A DNA stretch of 64,000 nucleotides from an uncultured Clostridia bacterium (GCA_947631245.1 CANRKP010000004.1:6147-70146); one strand, 5' to 3'. Positions 1 to 10,275 are shown, counted from the first letter of the stretch. The notes: a model not told the origin generated them from the sequence alone. Numbers and translations: made by a program.

Positions 1-930
1 TTCGACTCGCCCTCCGCACTCATAATGGAGTTTTACCGCGAGCGCGGCAGGGTGGACAGAGTATCCCAGCGCGGGCACGACGTCGTGAAGCTCGTCGCGG
101 CGGCGAGACGCCGGATCGAGCGGAAGCTCGAAAAGCTCTCGGAGGAAATGGAGCGCGCAGGCGAGGGAGAAGAATATAAGCGCATGGGGGACATCATCAA
201 CTCAAATCTCCATCTGCTCTCGCGCGGGATGACGGAGGCTGTGCTCGTCGATTATTACGACCCCGACTGCAAAACGGTCGGCGTCACGCTCGACCCGAGG
301 CTCTCCCCTGCGGACAACGCCCAGCATTATTACAAAAAATACGCGAAGTGCAAGACCTCGCGCGTCATGACGGCAGAGCAGATAAAGCTCGCGGAGGCGG
401 AGCTTGACTATATCGCGACGGTCGAGGACGCGCTCTCGCGCGCCGACGGCGACGCCGCGATCGACGAGCTGAGGGCGGAGCTCTCGGCGGCGGGCTACGC
501 GAAGGCCGTCAAGCAGTCGGTAAAGGGGCGGATGAAGTCCCAGCCGCAGAAGCCGGACAAATACGTCACCTCCGGCGGATACACCGTTCTCTGCGGGAAG
601 AACAATCTCCAAAACGACGCCCTGACGATGAAAACGGCGGAGGGGTGCGACTGGTGGTTCCACGTCAAGGGGGCGGCAGGCAGCCATACCGTGATGATAA
701 CGCCGCACGGCGAGGAGCCGTCTGAGCTCGACTTCACCGAGGCGGCGATGATAGCGGCAGTCAATTCGAGCGTTTCATCGGGAGAGAACGTTCCCGTCGA
801 CTATACGCAGGTCAAAAACATCAAGAAGCCGTCGGGCTCAAAGCCGGGGTTTGTGACATACAAGACGAACTGGACGGCATACGTCACGCCCGACCGCGCG
901 CGCGTTGACGCGATGCGCGTGAAAAAATGA
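1..930 (+). CDS. rqcH: RqcH/NFACT (FbpA-like) ribosome quality control protein, 5'-truncated by window edge
   Basis: Frame open from base 1; motifs LSPADNAQHYYKKY, GKNNLQND, WFHVKGAAGSH, VDYTQVKNIKKP. Confidence 0.88.
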   Translation, partial: FDSPSALIMEFYRERGRVDRVSQRGHDVVKLVAAARRRIERKLEKLSEEMERAGEGEEYKRMGDIINSNLHLLSRGMTEAVLVDYYDPDCKTVGVTLDPRLSPADNAQHYYKKYAKCKTSRVMTAEQIKLAEAELDYIATVEDALSRADGDAAIDELRAELSAAGYAKAVKQSVKGRMKSQPQKPDKYVTSGGYTVLCGKNNLQNDALTMKTAEGCDWWFHVKGAAGSHTVMITPHGEEPSELDFTEAAMIAAVNSSVSSGENVPVDYTQVKNIKKPSGSKPGFVTYKTNWTAYVTPDRARVDAMRVKK

Positions 931-957
931 GCGGAGCAAGGTTTTCGGGAGGAGAAA

Positions 958-1524
958 ATGGGAAAGGCGCACGGATTTGAGCCGGAAAAGCTCTTCTGCG
1001 GCATCCTTTATACGGACGCGTCCGCATATGAGCGCGCGAAAGCTGAGCTTTCGGAGCTTTACGGCGAGGCGGACGGCGAGTCTGAGGAGCTGTCGTTTTC
1101 AGGCTGGAGCGATTATTACTCATACGAGATGGACGGCGAGGTGTACCGCCGCTTCATTTCATTTAAAAATTTCGTCCCGCCGGACACGATAGCGGACATA
1201 AAAATACGGACGAATACGCTCGAGGAGCAAATGTCCGTCGGCGGGAAGCGCACGGTCAATATAGACCCCGGGCTCATCGGGCACGGCAGGCTGCTTCTGC
1301 CGACGACAAAGCCCGCAGGGCACAGGATAGCGCTGCGCGACGGGATCTATATCGAAATGACGCTCTTCTACTCGCGCGGCGAGTGGCACACGTTCCCGTG
1401 GACGTACCGCGACTTCGCCTCGGCGGACGTGCAGGCGATCATGACGAAATTCAGAAAGAGCTATATAAAGGCGCGGCGGGAGATGCTGCGCTGTGGCGAG
1501 AAGGAGGCAGGGGAGACGAAATGA
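958..1524 (+). CDS. DUF4416 family protein
   Basis: GGAG RBS; motifs YYSYEM, IKIRTN, RTVNIDPG, TFPWTYRDF. Confidence 0.75.
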   Translation: MGKAHGFEPEKLFCGILYTDASAYERAKAELSELYGEADGESEELSFSGWSDYYSYEMDGEVYRRFISFKNFVPPDTIADIKIRTNTLEEQMSVGGKRTVNIDPGLIGHGRLLLPTTKPAGHRIALRDGIYIEMTLFYSRGEWHTFPWTYRDFASADVQAIMTKFRKSYIKARREMLRCGEKEAGETK

Positions 1525-2261
1525 AAGAAACGCTTTCGATAACGGAATATTCGGTCAAAACGAACGGACGCGCCGCGTTTACCGCGGCGGTCGTTTCAGA
1601 TACGCACGAGGCTGACCCGGAGCCGATACTCGCGGCGGTGAGGACGATATCGCCCGACATGATACTTGTCCCCGGGGACGTCGTCGAGGCAAAGACCGAG
1701 CTCTCGGCGGCGCTGCACGACGGCGCGAAGAGCGCCGCCGCATACGAGCTTCTGCGCGGACTGAACAGCATGGCGACCGTCTATTATTGCCTCGGGAATC
1801 ACGAGGCGCACCTGACGGAGAGGCAGAGATTTGAGATATCGAAAACGGGCGTTCATCTGCTCGAGGACAAATACGCCCGCGTCCGCATAAAGGGGTGCGA
1901 GGCGGCGATCGGCGGCGTCTCCCCGGGACTGCCTCACGAGGCGCCGGGCGCGCATACATGGCGTATGCTCGAAAATTTCCGTAAGCAGGACTGCCTTCGT
2001 ATACTGATGTGCCACGAACCGCAGAGATACGCGCGCGAATTTGTCGACGCGCGCGACGACGTTGTTTTGGCGGGGCACGCGCACGGCGGGCAGTGGCGGC
2101 TTTTCGGGCGCGGCGTATACGCGCCGGGTCAGGGGCTTTTCCCGCTTTACACGAAGGGCTGGTACGGAAATATGCTCGTGTCCGCGGGCGCGCACAACAG
2201 CGAGATAATACCGAGGATAGCAAACTGCTGCGAGGTGCTGTCCCTGAAATTTGAATTGTGA
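1521..2261 (+). CDS. Calcineurin-like metallophosphoesterase
   Basis: SDTH, GD, GNHE, CHEP, GHAHGGQ motifs; ATGA overlap with upstream stop. Confidence 0.85.
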   Translation: MKETLSITEYSVKTNGRAAFTAAVVSDTHEADPEPILAAVRTISPDMILVPGDVVEAKTELSAALHDGAKSAAAYELLRGLNSMATVYYCLGNHEAHLTERQRFEISKTGVHLLEDKYARVRIKGCEAAIGGVSPGLPHEAPGAHTWRMLENFRKQDCLRILMCHEPQRYAREFVDARDDVVLAGHAHGGQWRLFGRGVYAPGQGLFPLYTKGWYGNMLVSAGAHNSEIIPRIANCCEVLSLKFEL

Positions 2262-2281
2262 GAAAAACGGGGGAATTTTAT

Positions 2282-3538
2282 ATGGAAAGCATAATAAGGG
2301 ACGCAGCTCTTTCGCCCGAGGGAAAAAAGAAGATAGAGTGGGCGAGGGCGCACATGCCCATCCTTTCGATACTCGAGGAGCGCTTTATAAAGGAAAAGCC
2401 GCTCGCGGGCAAAAAGCTCGCGATGTCGATACATATGGAGGCGAAAACGGCGAGAACGGCGCTGCTTCTGCGCGCGGCGGGAGCCGACGTTTACGCGACG
2501 GGCTGCAACCCGCTCTCGACGCAGGACGACGTCGCCGCGGCGCTGAGTGAGGCGGGCGTTCATGTCTTCGCGGTACACGGGGCGACGCCGGAAGAATATC
2601 ACGACCACCTCTGCAAAACGCTCTCATGCCTGCCCGACGTCTTTATTGACGACGGCGGCGACCTCACGGCGATCCTCTGCGACGAGCACCCCGAATACGG
2701 CGTAAATCTCGTCGGCGGAAGCGAGGAGACGACGACGGGCATCATGAGACTGCGCGCGAGAGCGGCGGCGGGTTCGCTCCCGTTCCCGATGATATCGGTC
2801 AACGACGCGCAGATGAAGTGCCTTTTCGACAACAGGTACGGCACGGGGCAGTCCGTGCTCGACGGAATAATGAGGACGACGAACGTTTCAATCGCCGGCA
2901 GGGTCTTCGTCGTCGCCGGATACGGCTGGTGCGGCAAGGGAGCCGCGATGAGGGCGAAGGGCATGGGAGCCCGCGTCGTCGTCTGTGAGGTCGACCCGGT
3001 CCGCGCGGTCGAGGCGTTGATGGACGGCTTTGACGTGATGAGGATGGAGGAAGCCGCCGAGGTCGGCGATATATTCCTTACCGTGACCGGCTGCCGCGAC
3101 GTCATAACGACCCGTCATATCGCGAAAATGAAGGACGGCGCGATCCTCTGCAACGCAGGTCACTTCGACGTTGAGGTCGCCGTCGCCGAGATGAGGGCGC
3201 GCGCGACGCGCGTTTACGAGGCGCGGCACAATATAGAGGGGTTTGAATTTGACTTCGGCGGGGAAAAGAAGACGGTATACCTGCTCGCCGAGGGCAGGCT
3301 CGTCAATCTCGCTTCGGGCGACGGACACCCGGCAGAGATAATGGACACGAGCTTTGCGCTGCAGGCGCTGTCTGCGGAATATCTCGTAAAGCACGGCGCG
3401 CAGCTGTCGCCGGGTGTCAACGACGTGCCTGAGGAGATAGACAGAAGCGTTGCCGAAATGAAACTCTATTCCGTCGGGAAGAGAATAGACGCGCTGACGG
3501 AAGAACAGAGAGCGTATATAAATTCAACGGGCGGTTAA
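2282..3538 (+). CDS. ahcY: Adenosylhomocysteinase (short archaeal/Thermotoga-type; possibly an S-inosylhomocysteine hydrolase)
   Basis: CNPLSTQD, EETTTG, FDNRYGTGQS, GYGWCGKG, NAGHFDVE, GRLVNL, GHPAE. Confidence 0.93.
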   Translation: MESIIRDAALSPEGKKKIEWARAHMPILSILEERFIKEKPLAGKKLAMSIHMEAKTARTALLLRAAGADVYATGCNPLSTQDDVAAALSEAGVHVFAVHGATPEEYHDHLCKTLSCLPDVFIDDGGDLTAILCDEHPEYGVNLVGGSEETTTGIMRLRARAAAGSLPFPMISVNDAQMKCLFDNRYGTGQSVLDGIMRTTNVSIAGRVFVVAGYGWCGKGAAMRAKGMGARVVVCEVDPVRAVEALMDGFDVMRMEEAAEVGDIFLTVTGCRDVITTRHIAKMKDGAILCNAGHFDVEVAVAEMRARATRVYEARHNIEGFEFDFGGEKKTVYLLAEGRLVNLASGDGHPAEIMDTSFALQALSAEYLVKHGAQLSPGVNDVPEEIDRSVAEMKLYSVGKRIDALTEEQRAYINSTGG

Positions 3539-3541
3539 AAA

Positions 3542-4804
3542 ATGTATTATTTTAAAAATATAAGGCTTTATACGGGCGAGGAATCGTTTGAAAACGGCGC
3601 CGTTTTGACTGACGGCAGTCTCATCGTTTACGCGGGAGACGAAAAAGGCTGTCCCGCGCATGAAGGCGCCGAGGTAATAGACGGTCGAGGCGGCATATGT
3701 ATGCCGGGGCTCGTCTCGGCGCATTCGCACGCGCCGATGGTGCTCCTTCGCGGAGAGGGCGCGGACCTGCCGCTTATGGAATGGCTCGGCTGCGTTCAGA
3801 AAATGGAGGAAAACTTCACGTCCGAGACGATATATACGGGCACCGCTTTGGCGATCGCGGAGATGATAAAAGGCGGCGTCACCGCGTTTGCGGACATGTA
3901 TTTCGAGTGCCGCGACATGATACGCGCCGTGCTTGACACCGGCATCCGCGCCTCGATCTCGCGCGGCTCGACGTCGCTGGAAGGAATAGCCTCGCACGAG
4001 GCGCTCTTCCGTGAATTTGACGGGGCGGACGGGCGCGTCCGAGTGCTCGTCGGGCTGCACGGGGAATACACCTCCGACGAGAAAACTGCGCGCGCCGCGG
4101 CGGAGCTTGCGGCAAAGCTCGGGACGGGCGTTCACGTCCACATGTCGGAGAGCATATCGGAGGTGGAGGGCTGCGTCTCGCGCCACGGCGTGACGCCTCC
4201 CGAATATTTCGAGCGGATAGGGCTCTTCGACGTGCCCGTCACGGCGGCGCACTGCGTGCATCTTACAAACGAAGATATTGACATCATCGCGCGTCACGGT
4301 GTCATTCCCGTGCACTGTCCGGCGAGCAATATGTACCTTGCGAGTGGAGCTGCGCCCGTGAATGAGCTTCTTTCGCGCGGAATACCCGTTGCGCTCGGGA
4401 CGGACGGCGCGGCGAGCAACAACACGCTCGATATGTTCCGTGAGATGAGGCTCGCGGCGCTGCTTTCGAAGGTGAAAACAATGCGGGCGGACGCGCTTCC
4501 GGCAAGAACCGCGGTCGAAATGGCGACGAAAAACGCTGCCAAAGCCGCGGGATTTCCCGAGGTCGGGATCCTTGCCGCGGGCAGACCTGCGGATTTGATC
4601 CTTCTTGACGGGGAAGCGCTGCATCTCAACGCATGCGATATCCCGACGGCGGTCGTTTATTCCGCCTCGGGCGCCGACGTTAAGCTCACGATGGTGGACG
4701 GACGCGCGCTCTTCCGTGACGGCGAGTACACGACGGTTGACATTGAGCGCCTCCGCTATGAGGGGAGACGGGCGTCGGCGCATTTGCGGGGAAGTCAAAA
4801 TTAA
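3542..4804 (+). CDS. Amidohydrolase, MTA/SAH deaminase (MtaD/DadD-like)
   Basis: HSH, HMSE, AHCVH, LGTDGAASNN motifs; 3 bp after ahcY. Confidence 0.8.
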   Translation: MYYFKNIRLYTGEESFENGAVLTDGSLIVYAGDEKGCPAHEGAEVIDGRGGICMPGLVSAHSHAPMVLLRGEGADLPLMEWLGCVQKMEENFTSETIYTGTALAIAEMIKGGVTAFADMYFECRDMIRAVLDTGIRASISRGSTSLEGIASHEALFREFDGADGRVRVLVGLHGEYTSDEKTARAAAELAAKLGTGVHVHMSESISEVEGCVSRHGVTPPEYFERIGLFDVPVTAAHCVHLTNEDIDIIARHGVIPVHCPASNMYLASGAAPVNELLSRGIPVALGTDGAASNNTLDMFREMRLAALLSKVKTMRADALPARTAVEMATKNAAKAAGFPEVGILAAGRPADLILLDGEALHLNACDIPTAVVYSASGADVKLTMVDGRALFRDGEYTTVDIERLRYEGRRASAHLRGSQN

Positions 4805-4966
4805 GGCAAACGCCTTTCGGGAATAAATTGGATCGGCATGTGCCAAGGATTTTACATCATACATATGCAATGCAACATTGTTTTAATTCATAAAGTGTGA
4901 TATTATTTAGAAAAATTGATGAGTAGAAAAGCATCAAACTCAAAAAAATATGGAGGTTTTCTACAT

Positions 4967-5743
4967 ATGAGAAAACACATGAAGCTCATCGTCAGCGCAA
5001 TCGCGCTCATCTCTCTTGTTGCTGTTATGATGGTCCCCGCTTTTGCTGCGGACACAGGCACTCTCGCCATCGGAGACGGCGCTGTGGAGGCTGACGGTGT
5101 TTCCACCCTTACTCTTGCAGACGGCACCATCACTTGGGCAGGCCTTAACGACCCGCTTCAGGAAAAAGAGGGCGCAAAGCAGCTCGGTCTTAAGCCGAAG
5201 GATGCTTCCAACCTTGACAGCGCTTATATCGAGTTCAAGTTCACGGTAGAGAAAGCCGGTGAATATGAGCTTACCGTTTCTTTCGCTGCTGACAATGTCA
5301 ACAGAAAGGCAAACGTTATCGTTAACGGCGACAAGGATCATGCTGCCGCTTTGACTGTTGCTGACGGAAAGGGCTGGAGCACCCAGACTAACACGATCAC
5401 GGCGAAGCTCGCTGCAGGCAGCGTCACCGTCCGCCTTGTAAACGACCCCGCGTTCGACGGCTCTACCGTTAAGGCTCTCAACGTTGTGTCTCTCGGCTGG
5501 AAACTGACAAAGGCTGATACGGCTGATACGGATGACACTCAGAAGCCTGCTGACTCTCAGCAGCCTGCAGATTCACAGAAGCCCGCTGACACGCAGAAGC
5601 CCGCTGACACACAGCCCTCCGGCGGCACTCAGCAGCCTTCCGGCGGTACGCAGCAGTCTCCTCAGACCGGTGTTGCTACCGTAGCTCTCGCAGTTGCAGC
5701 AATCGGTAGCGGCGCGTTCGTCGTGAGCAAGAGAAAGCACTGA
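4967..5743 (+). CDS. Secreted, cell-wall-anchored protein with a CBM6/35-like domain and low-complexity linker
   Basis: GGAGG RBS; signal peptide ending AFA; beta-sandwich-like middle; C-terminal SPQTG + hydrophobic stretch + KRKH sortase-type signal. Confidence 0.7.
   Translation: MRKHMKLIVSAIALISLVAVMMVPAFAADTGTLAIGDGAVEADGVSTLTLADGTITWAGLNDPLQEKEGAKQLGLKPKDASNLDSAYIEFKFTVEKAGEYELTVSFAADNVNRKANVIVNGDKDHAAALTVADGKGWSTQTNTITAKLAAGSVTVRLVNDPAFDGSTVKALNVVSLGWKLTKADTADTDDTQKPADSQQPADSQKPADTQKPADTQPSGGTQQPSGGTQQSPQTGVATVALAVAAIGSGAFVVSKRKH
5534..5660 (+). repeat. Coding tandem repeats (4 x 18 bp D[TS]Q[KQ]PA, then 2 x QPSGGTQ)
   Basis: Seen directly in DNA and translation. Confidence 0.85.
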
Positions 5744-5791
5744 GCTTTATAATAAGCATATTATCCAAAGGGGCGCATTTAACGCCCCTTT

Positions 5792-5846
5792 GCCTGTCTC
5801 TTCCGCCTCTCCCTCCCCTGCGGAAGAGACAGGCTTTTTCTTTTTT
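5792..5846 (+). terminator. Intrinsic terminator
   Basis: 15-bp stem gcctgtctcttccgc/gcggaagagacaggc followed by T tract; second hairpin at 5767-5791. Confidence 0.85.
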
Positions 5847-5877
5847 GCAAAAGGGAAAATTTTATTGCCGAAAATTC

Positions 5878-5906
5878 TTGACACGGGCGGGATATTCTGA
5901 TATAAT
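5878..5906 (+). promoter_or_regulatory. Sigma-A promoter of rpsU
   Basis: TTGACA-17-TATAAT perfect consensus. Confidence 0.9.
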
Positions 5907-6006
5907 GACCGATGTCGGTCGGAGGACGGGCGCGTTCGGGCGCGTTGCGCTTGCACCTCGCCGATATAAAAACGGAGATCTTTTTTGCGAAGGGGGGGAT
6001 ACGGAA

Positions 6007-6183
6007 ATGGCAGAAATCAGAGTCAAGGAGAATGAATCTCTCGACAGTGCGCTTCGCAGATTTAAGCGTCAGTGCGCGAGATCGGGCGTCCTCGCTGAAC
6101 TTCGCAAAAGGGAGCACTACGAAAAGCCCAGCGTGAAGAAAAAGAAGAAAGCGGAAGCCGCTAGAAAGCGCAAGTATAAGTAA
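6007..6183 (+). CDS. rpsU: 30S ribosomal protein S21
   Basis: [21 protein letters not shown]...[10 protein letters not shown]. Confidence 0.97.
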   Translation: MAEIRVKENESLDSALRRFKRQCARSGVLAELRKREHYEKPSVKKKKKAEAARKRKYK

Positions 6184-6199
6184 TATGCGAGAAGCGCGT

Positions 6200-6231
6200 C
6201 ACGCCGACCGGAAACGGTCGGCGTGTTTTTT
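6200..6231 (+). terminator. Intrinsic terminator after rpsU
   Basis: cacgccgaccg-gaaa-cggtcggcgtg-tttttt. Confidence 0.9.
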
Positions 6232-6448
6232 ATCGTGAAAAGAAATACGCCGCGCCATCCGCCCTTCCCGAAAAACAATTGAGTTTTTGCGCCTGTTTTC
6301 GCCGCTTTTTGCATATTGGAAAAACGCGCGCGGCATAATAAGAACTATTATATGCAAAAACAATATTGTAATCAGAAGCAAAACGTGGTAAGATAAAAGA
6401 GCCGGACGGCGGCATGATATGCATTATTTTAGGAGCTGAAATTCAAAA

Positions 6449-7648
6449 ATGAAGTATATAGTCATTTTGGGCGACGGTATGGCGGATCTCCCCATAGAAT
6501 CGCTCGGCGGGCGCACGCCTCTCGAGGCGGCAAATACGCCGAATATGGACGCGCTCGCGGGAATGGGAGAGATGGGACTTGTACGCACCGTTCCCGAAGG
6601 CATGAAGCCGGGCAGCGACGTCGCGAATCTCGCTGTGCTCGGATATGACCCGAAAAAGAATTATTCGGGCCGCTCGCCGCTCGAGGCGCTGTCGGTCGGC
6701 GTGCCTATGGCGGACGGCGATATCGTCTTCCGCTGCAACCTCGTCACGCTGACGGAGGACGGTCCGTATGAAAAAAAGACGATAACGGACCACAGCTCGG
6801 GTGAAATTTCGACCGCAGACGCCGATATTCTTATGGACGCCGTGAGAGAGCGCTTCAACTCCGACGTGTTCTCGTTTTACACCGGCACATCGTACCGCCA
6901 TATAATGATATGGCACGGCGGACGCATGCCGGAGCTTATCCCGCCTCACGACCATCTCGGAGACGTTATCGGCATGTATCTTCCCGAAGAGCCCGAGCTT
7001 CTCTCCATGATGAAGGAGAGCTTTGACCTTCTCAACCTTCATCCGCTCAACAAAAAGCGCGCGGAGGAAGGAAAAAACAAGGCAAACTCGCTTTGGTTTT
7101 GGGGCGCGGGCGTAAAGCCGTCGCTTTCCTCGTTCAAGGAAAAGACGGGACTGTCGGGCGCCATGATATCTGCCGTCGACCTTCTGAAGGGGATTGCCGT
7201 CGGCGCTGGAATGAGGGTCATAAACGTCGAGGGCGCGGACGGTACGCTCCACACGAATTACGAAGGAAAGGCGCACGCCGCCGTGAAGGCTCTGCTTTCC
7301 GACGGAGACGATTTCGTATACATACATGTCGAAGCCCCGGACGAGATGGGGCATCAGGGCAGCGCCGAGCGCAAGGTGCGCTCGATAGAGTACATAGACG
7401 AAAAGATTTTGGGCACGGTCCGCCGCGAGATGGACGCTTCGGGCGAGCCTTACAGACTGCTCCTTCTGCCCGACCATCCGACCCCCGTCGCTTGCAGGAC
7501 GCACACCGCGGACCCCGTGCCGTATGTCCTTTACGACAGCAGGCGGCAGCTTAAGCGGGTCGCACGTTATTCTGAGAGAGAGGCGGCGGAGACAGGCATA
7601 TTCCGCCCCGAAGGATATAAAATGATCGATCTTCTGACCGAGGAATAA
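6449..7648 (+). CDS. apgM: Cofactor-independent phosphoglycerate mutase, ApgM family (proposed homoserine kinase subgroup)
   Basis: GDGMAD, TPLE, PGSDVAN, EAPDEMGH, PDHPTP; adjacent to thrC. Confidence 0.85.
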   Translation: MKYIVILGDGMADLPIESLGGRTPLEAANTPNMDALAGMGEMGLVRTVPEGMKPGSDVANLAVLGYDPKKNYSGRSPLEALSVGVPMADGDIVFRCNLVTLTEDGPYEKKTITDHSSGEISTADADILMDAVRERFNSDVFSFYTGTSYRHIMIWHGGRMPELIPPHDHLGDVIGMYLPEEPELLSMMKESFDLLNLHPLNKKRAEEGKNKANSLWFWGAGVKPSLSSFKEKTGLSGAMISAVDLLKGIAVGAGMRVINVEGADGTLHTNYEGKAHAAVKALLSDGDDFVYIHVEAPDEMGHQGSAERKVRSIEYIDEKILGTVRREMDASGEPYRLLLLPDHPTPVACRTHTADPVPYVLYDSRRQLKRVARYSEREAAETGIFRPEGYKMIDLLTEE

Positions 7649-7649
7649 A

Positions 7650-9152
7650 ATGATGAAAGACTTACTTTACAAAAGCACACGAGGAGGCGGCGAGGCGCTG
7701 ACGGCGTCGCGCGCGATCCTCTCGGGACTTGCGGACGACGGCGGTCTCTTCGTGCCGGAACGCATTCCCGAGCTCGGCATCTCGCCGGAGGAGCTTTCGA
7801 GGCTCGACTACAAAAAGACGGCTTTTTCCGTGATGAGGCTTTTTCTCACGGACTATACCGACGAGGAGCTTTGGGACTGCATAAACGGCGCGTATGACTC
7901 GAAATTTGACACCGAAAACATCGTTGAACTGAGACGCGCGGGCGGCGCTTACTATCTCGAGCTTTACCACGGCGCGACAATAGCGTTCAAGGACATGGCG
8001 CTCTCGATACTGCCGCGTCTCATGACGACGGCGGCGAAAAAGAACGGTGTTTCGGAAGACGTCGTCATACTGACGGCAACGTCCGGCGATACGGGCAAGG
8101 CGGCGCTTTCGGGGTTTGCCGACGTGAACGGCACGCGCATCATAGTCTTCTATCCCAAAAACGGCGTTTCCGCCGTTCAGGAGCGTCAGATGGTGACGCA
8201 GCGCGGAGACAACACCGCCGTCGTCGGCGTTCACGGCAACTTCGACGACGCGCAGAACGGCGTCAAGGCGATCTTCGAGGACGCGGAGCTGAAGGCGCGT
8301 CTAAAAAAACACGGTTTTGTTTTCTCGTCCGCAAATTCGATAAACATAGGGCGGCTTGTGCCGCAGATAGTGTATTACGTTTACGCATACGGTCGTATTT
8401 TGGCGGACGGCGCGGTAAACGCGGGCGAGCCGATAAACGTCGCCGTTCCGACAGGCAATTTCGGCAACATCCTCGCCGCGCACTACGCAAAGCGGATGGG
8501 GGTGCCGATAGGGAAGCTGATATGCGCGTCGAACGACAACCGCGTGCTCACGGATTTCTTCAGCAGCGGCGAATACGACAAAAACCGTCCATTCTATACG
8601 ACGAGCTCGCCATCTATGGACATCCTCATTTCGAGCAACCTTGAGCGCCTCATATACGAGATGACGGGGACGGGAAACGACCCCGAGGCATGCGCCGCTT
8701 ATATGCGCCTCTTGCGCGAGTGCGGGCGGTATTCGCTCACCGACGCGGAGCGCGCGCGGCTCGGCGAATTTTTCGGAGGCTGCGCCTCGGAAAAAGAGGC
8801 CTCGGAAGAGATAGGGCGCGTGTGGCGCGAGTACGGCTACGTTATAGACACGCACACCGCCGTCGCCTCCCGCGTATACAGAGATTATGCGTCGTCGACG
8901 GGCGACACTGTGCCGACGGTCATTGCGTCAACGGCGAGCCCGTACAAATTTGCCGGCAGCGTCATCGAGGCGATATGCGGCGGGCGCGTTCCGGGCGATG
9001 ATTTCGCCCTCGTCGACGAGCTTTCGCGCGTATCGGGTACGAAGGTGCCGCAGGCAGTCGAGGAGATAAGGACAGCGCCGGTGCGGCACACCCGCGTCTG
9101 CGAAAAGGACGGTATGCGGAAAGCCGTGTGCGATATCCTCGGAATAAATTGA
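7650..9152 (+). CDS. thrC: Threonine synthase
   Basis: YKSTRG, AFKD (PLP lysine), ATSGDTG, NSINIGR, PTGNFGN. Confidence 0.95.
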   Translation: MMKDLLYKSTRGGGEALTASRAILSGLADDGGLFVPERIPELGISPEELSRLDYKKTAFSVMRLFLTDYTDEELWDCINGAYDSKFDTENIVELRRAGGAYYLELYHGATIAFKDMALSILPRLMTTAAKKNGVSEDVVILTATSGDTGKAALSGFADVNGTRIIVFYPKNGVSAVQERQMVTQRGDNTAVVGVHGNFDDAQNGVKAIFEDAELKARLKKHGFVFSSANSINIGRLVPQIVYYVYAYGRILADGAVNAGEPINVAVPTGNFGNILAAHYAKRMGVPIGKLICASNDNRVLTDFFSSGEYDKNRPFYTTSSPSMDILISSNLERLIYEMTGTGNDPEACAAYMRLLRECGRYSLTDAERARLGEFFGGCASEKEASEEIGRVWREYGYVIDTHTAVASRVYRDYASSTGDTVPTVIASTASPYKFAGSVIEAICGGRVPGDDFALVDELSRVSGTKVPQAVEEIRTAPVRHTRVCEKDGMRKAVCDILGIN

Positions 9153-9171
9153 TTTTTGGGAGAGAGTAAAA

Positions 9172-10251
9172 GTGAGAGTTTATAATTTTTCTGCCGGTCC
9201 GGCGATGCTGCCGGAGGAGGTTTTGAGGGAAGCCGCGGACGAGATGCTCGACTACCGCGGAACGGGAATGAGCGTTATGGAGATGAGCCACCGCTCAAAG
9301 GCTTATGCGGAGATAATAGAGACCGCGGAGGCCGACCTCCGCTCGCTGCTCGGAATCCCCGACAACTACCGCGTCCTCTTCCTTCAGGGCGGCGCGTCGC
9401 AGCAGTTTGCGATGATACCGATGAATTTGATGAAAAACCGCGTCGCGGACTACATAATCACGGGTCAGTGGGCGAAAAAAGCACACGCGGAGGCAAAGCT
9501 CTACGGCGAGGCAAACGCGATAGCGTCGAGCGCGGACAATACGTTTTCATACATTCCCGACTGCTCGGATCTGCCGATAAGCGAGAACGCGGACTACGTC
9601 TATATCTGCGAGAACAACACGATATACGGCACGAAATTCCATGAGCTGCCGAATACGAAGGGCAAACCGCTCGTCGCGGACGTCTCCTCCTGCTTTCTCT
9701 CCGAGCCGATGGACGTGACGCGGTACGGCGTCGTCTACGGCGGAGTTCAGAAGAACATAGGTCCCGCGGGCGTCGTCATCGTCATCATCCGCGACGACCT
9801 TGTGACCGAGGACGTTCTCCCCGGCACGCCGACGATGCTGCGCTATAAGATACACGCCGACAACGGTTCGCTTTACAACACGCCGCCCGCATACGGCATC
9901 TACATCTGCGGCAAGGTCTTCAAATGGCTGAAGGCGCGCGGCGGGCTCCCTGCGATGAAAGAATACAATGAGAAAAAGGCGGCGATACTTTACGATTACC
10001 TCGACGCCTCAAAGCTTTTCCGCGGCACGGTCGAAAAAAAGGACCGCTCGCTGATGAACGTCCCGTTCGTGACGGGGAGCGACGAGCTCGACGCGAAATT
10101 CGTCAAGGAAGCGACAGCCTCAGGTCTTGTCAATCTCAAAGGTCACCGCACGGTCGGCGGCATGAGGGCGAGCATTTATAACGCAATGCCGACCGAGGGC
10201 GTTTGCGAGCTCGTCCGTTTCATGGAGAAATTCGAGGCGGAAAACGCCTAG
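9172..10251 (+). CDS. serC: Phosphoserine aminotransferase
   Basis: YNFSAGPA, EMSHRS, QKNIGPAG, GHRTVGGMRASIYNA. Confidence 0.96.
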   Translation: MRVYNFSAGPAMLPEEVLREAADEMLDYRGTGMSVMEMSHRSKAYAEIIETAEADLRSLLGIPDNYRVLFLQGGASQQFAMIPMNLMKNRVADYIITGQWAKKAHAEAKLYGEANAIASSADNTFSYIPDCSDLPISENADYVYICENNTIYGTKFHELPNTKGKPLVADVSSCFLSEPMDVTRYGVVYGGVQKNIGPAGVVIVIIRDDLVTEDVLPGTPTMLRYKIHADNGSLYNTPPAYGIYICGKVFKWLKARGGLPAMKEYNEKKAAILYDYLDASKLFRGTVEKKDRSLMNVPFVTGSDELDAKFVKEATASGLVNLKGHRTVGGMRASIYNAMPTEGVCELVRFMEKFEAENA

Positions 10252-10275
10252 AGAGCATAAAAAAGGAGAGCCGCA

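Noticed and set aside
3524-4870. Long antisense ORFs in the track (e.g. 3524-4870, 6443-7504, 10306-11340, 45332-46582, 57908-58840)
   Set aside because: Shadow frames of well-supported genes, expected from GC-rich codon usage; no recognisable motifs.
6207-6218. ACCG-GAAA-CGGT matching the XRE operator pattern
   Set aside because: It is the stem-loop of the rpsU terminator.
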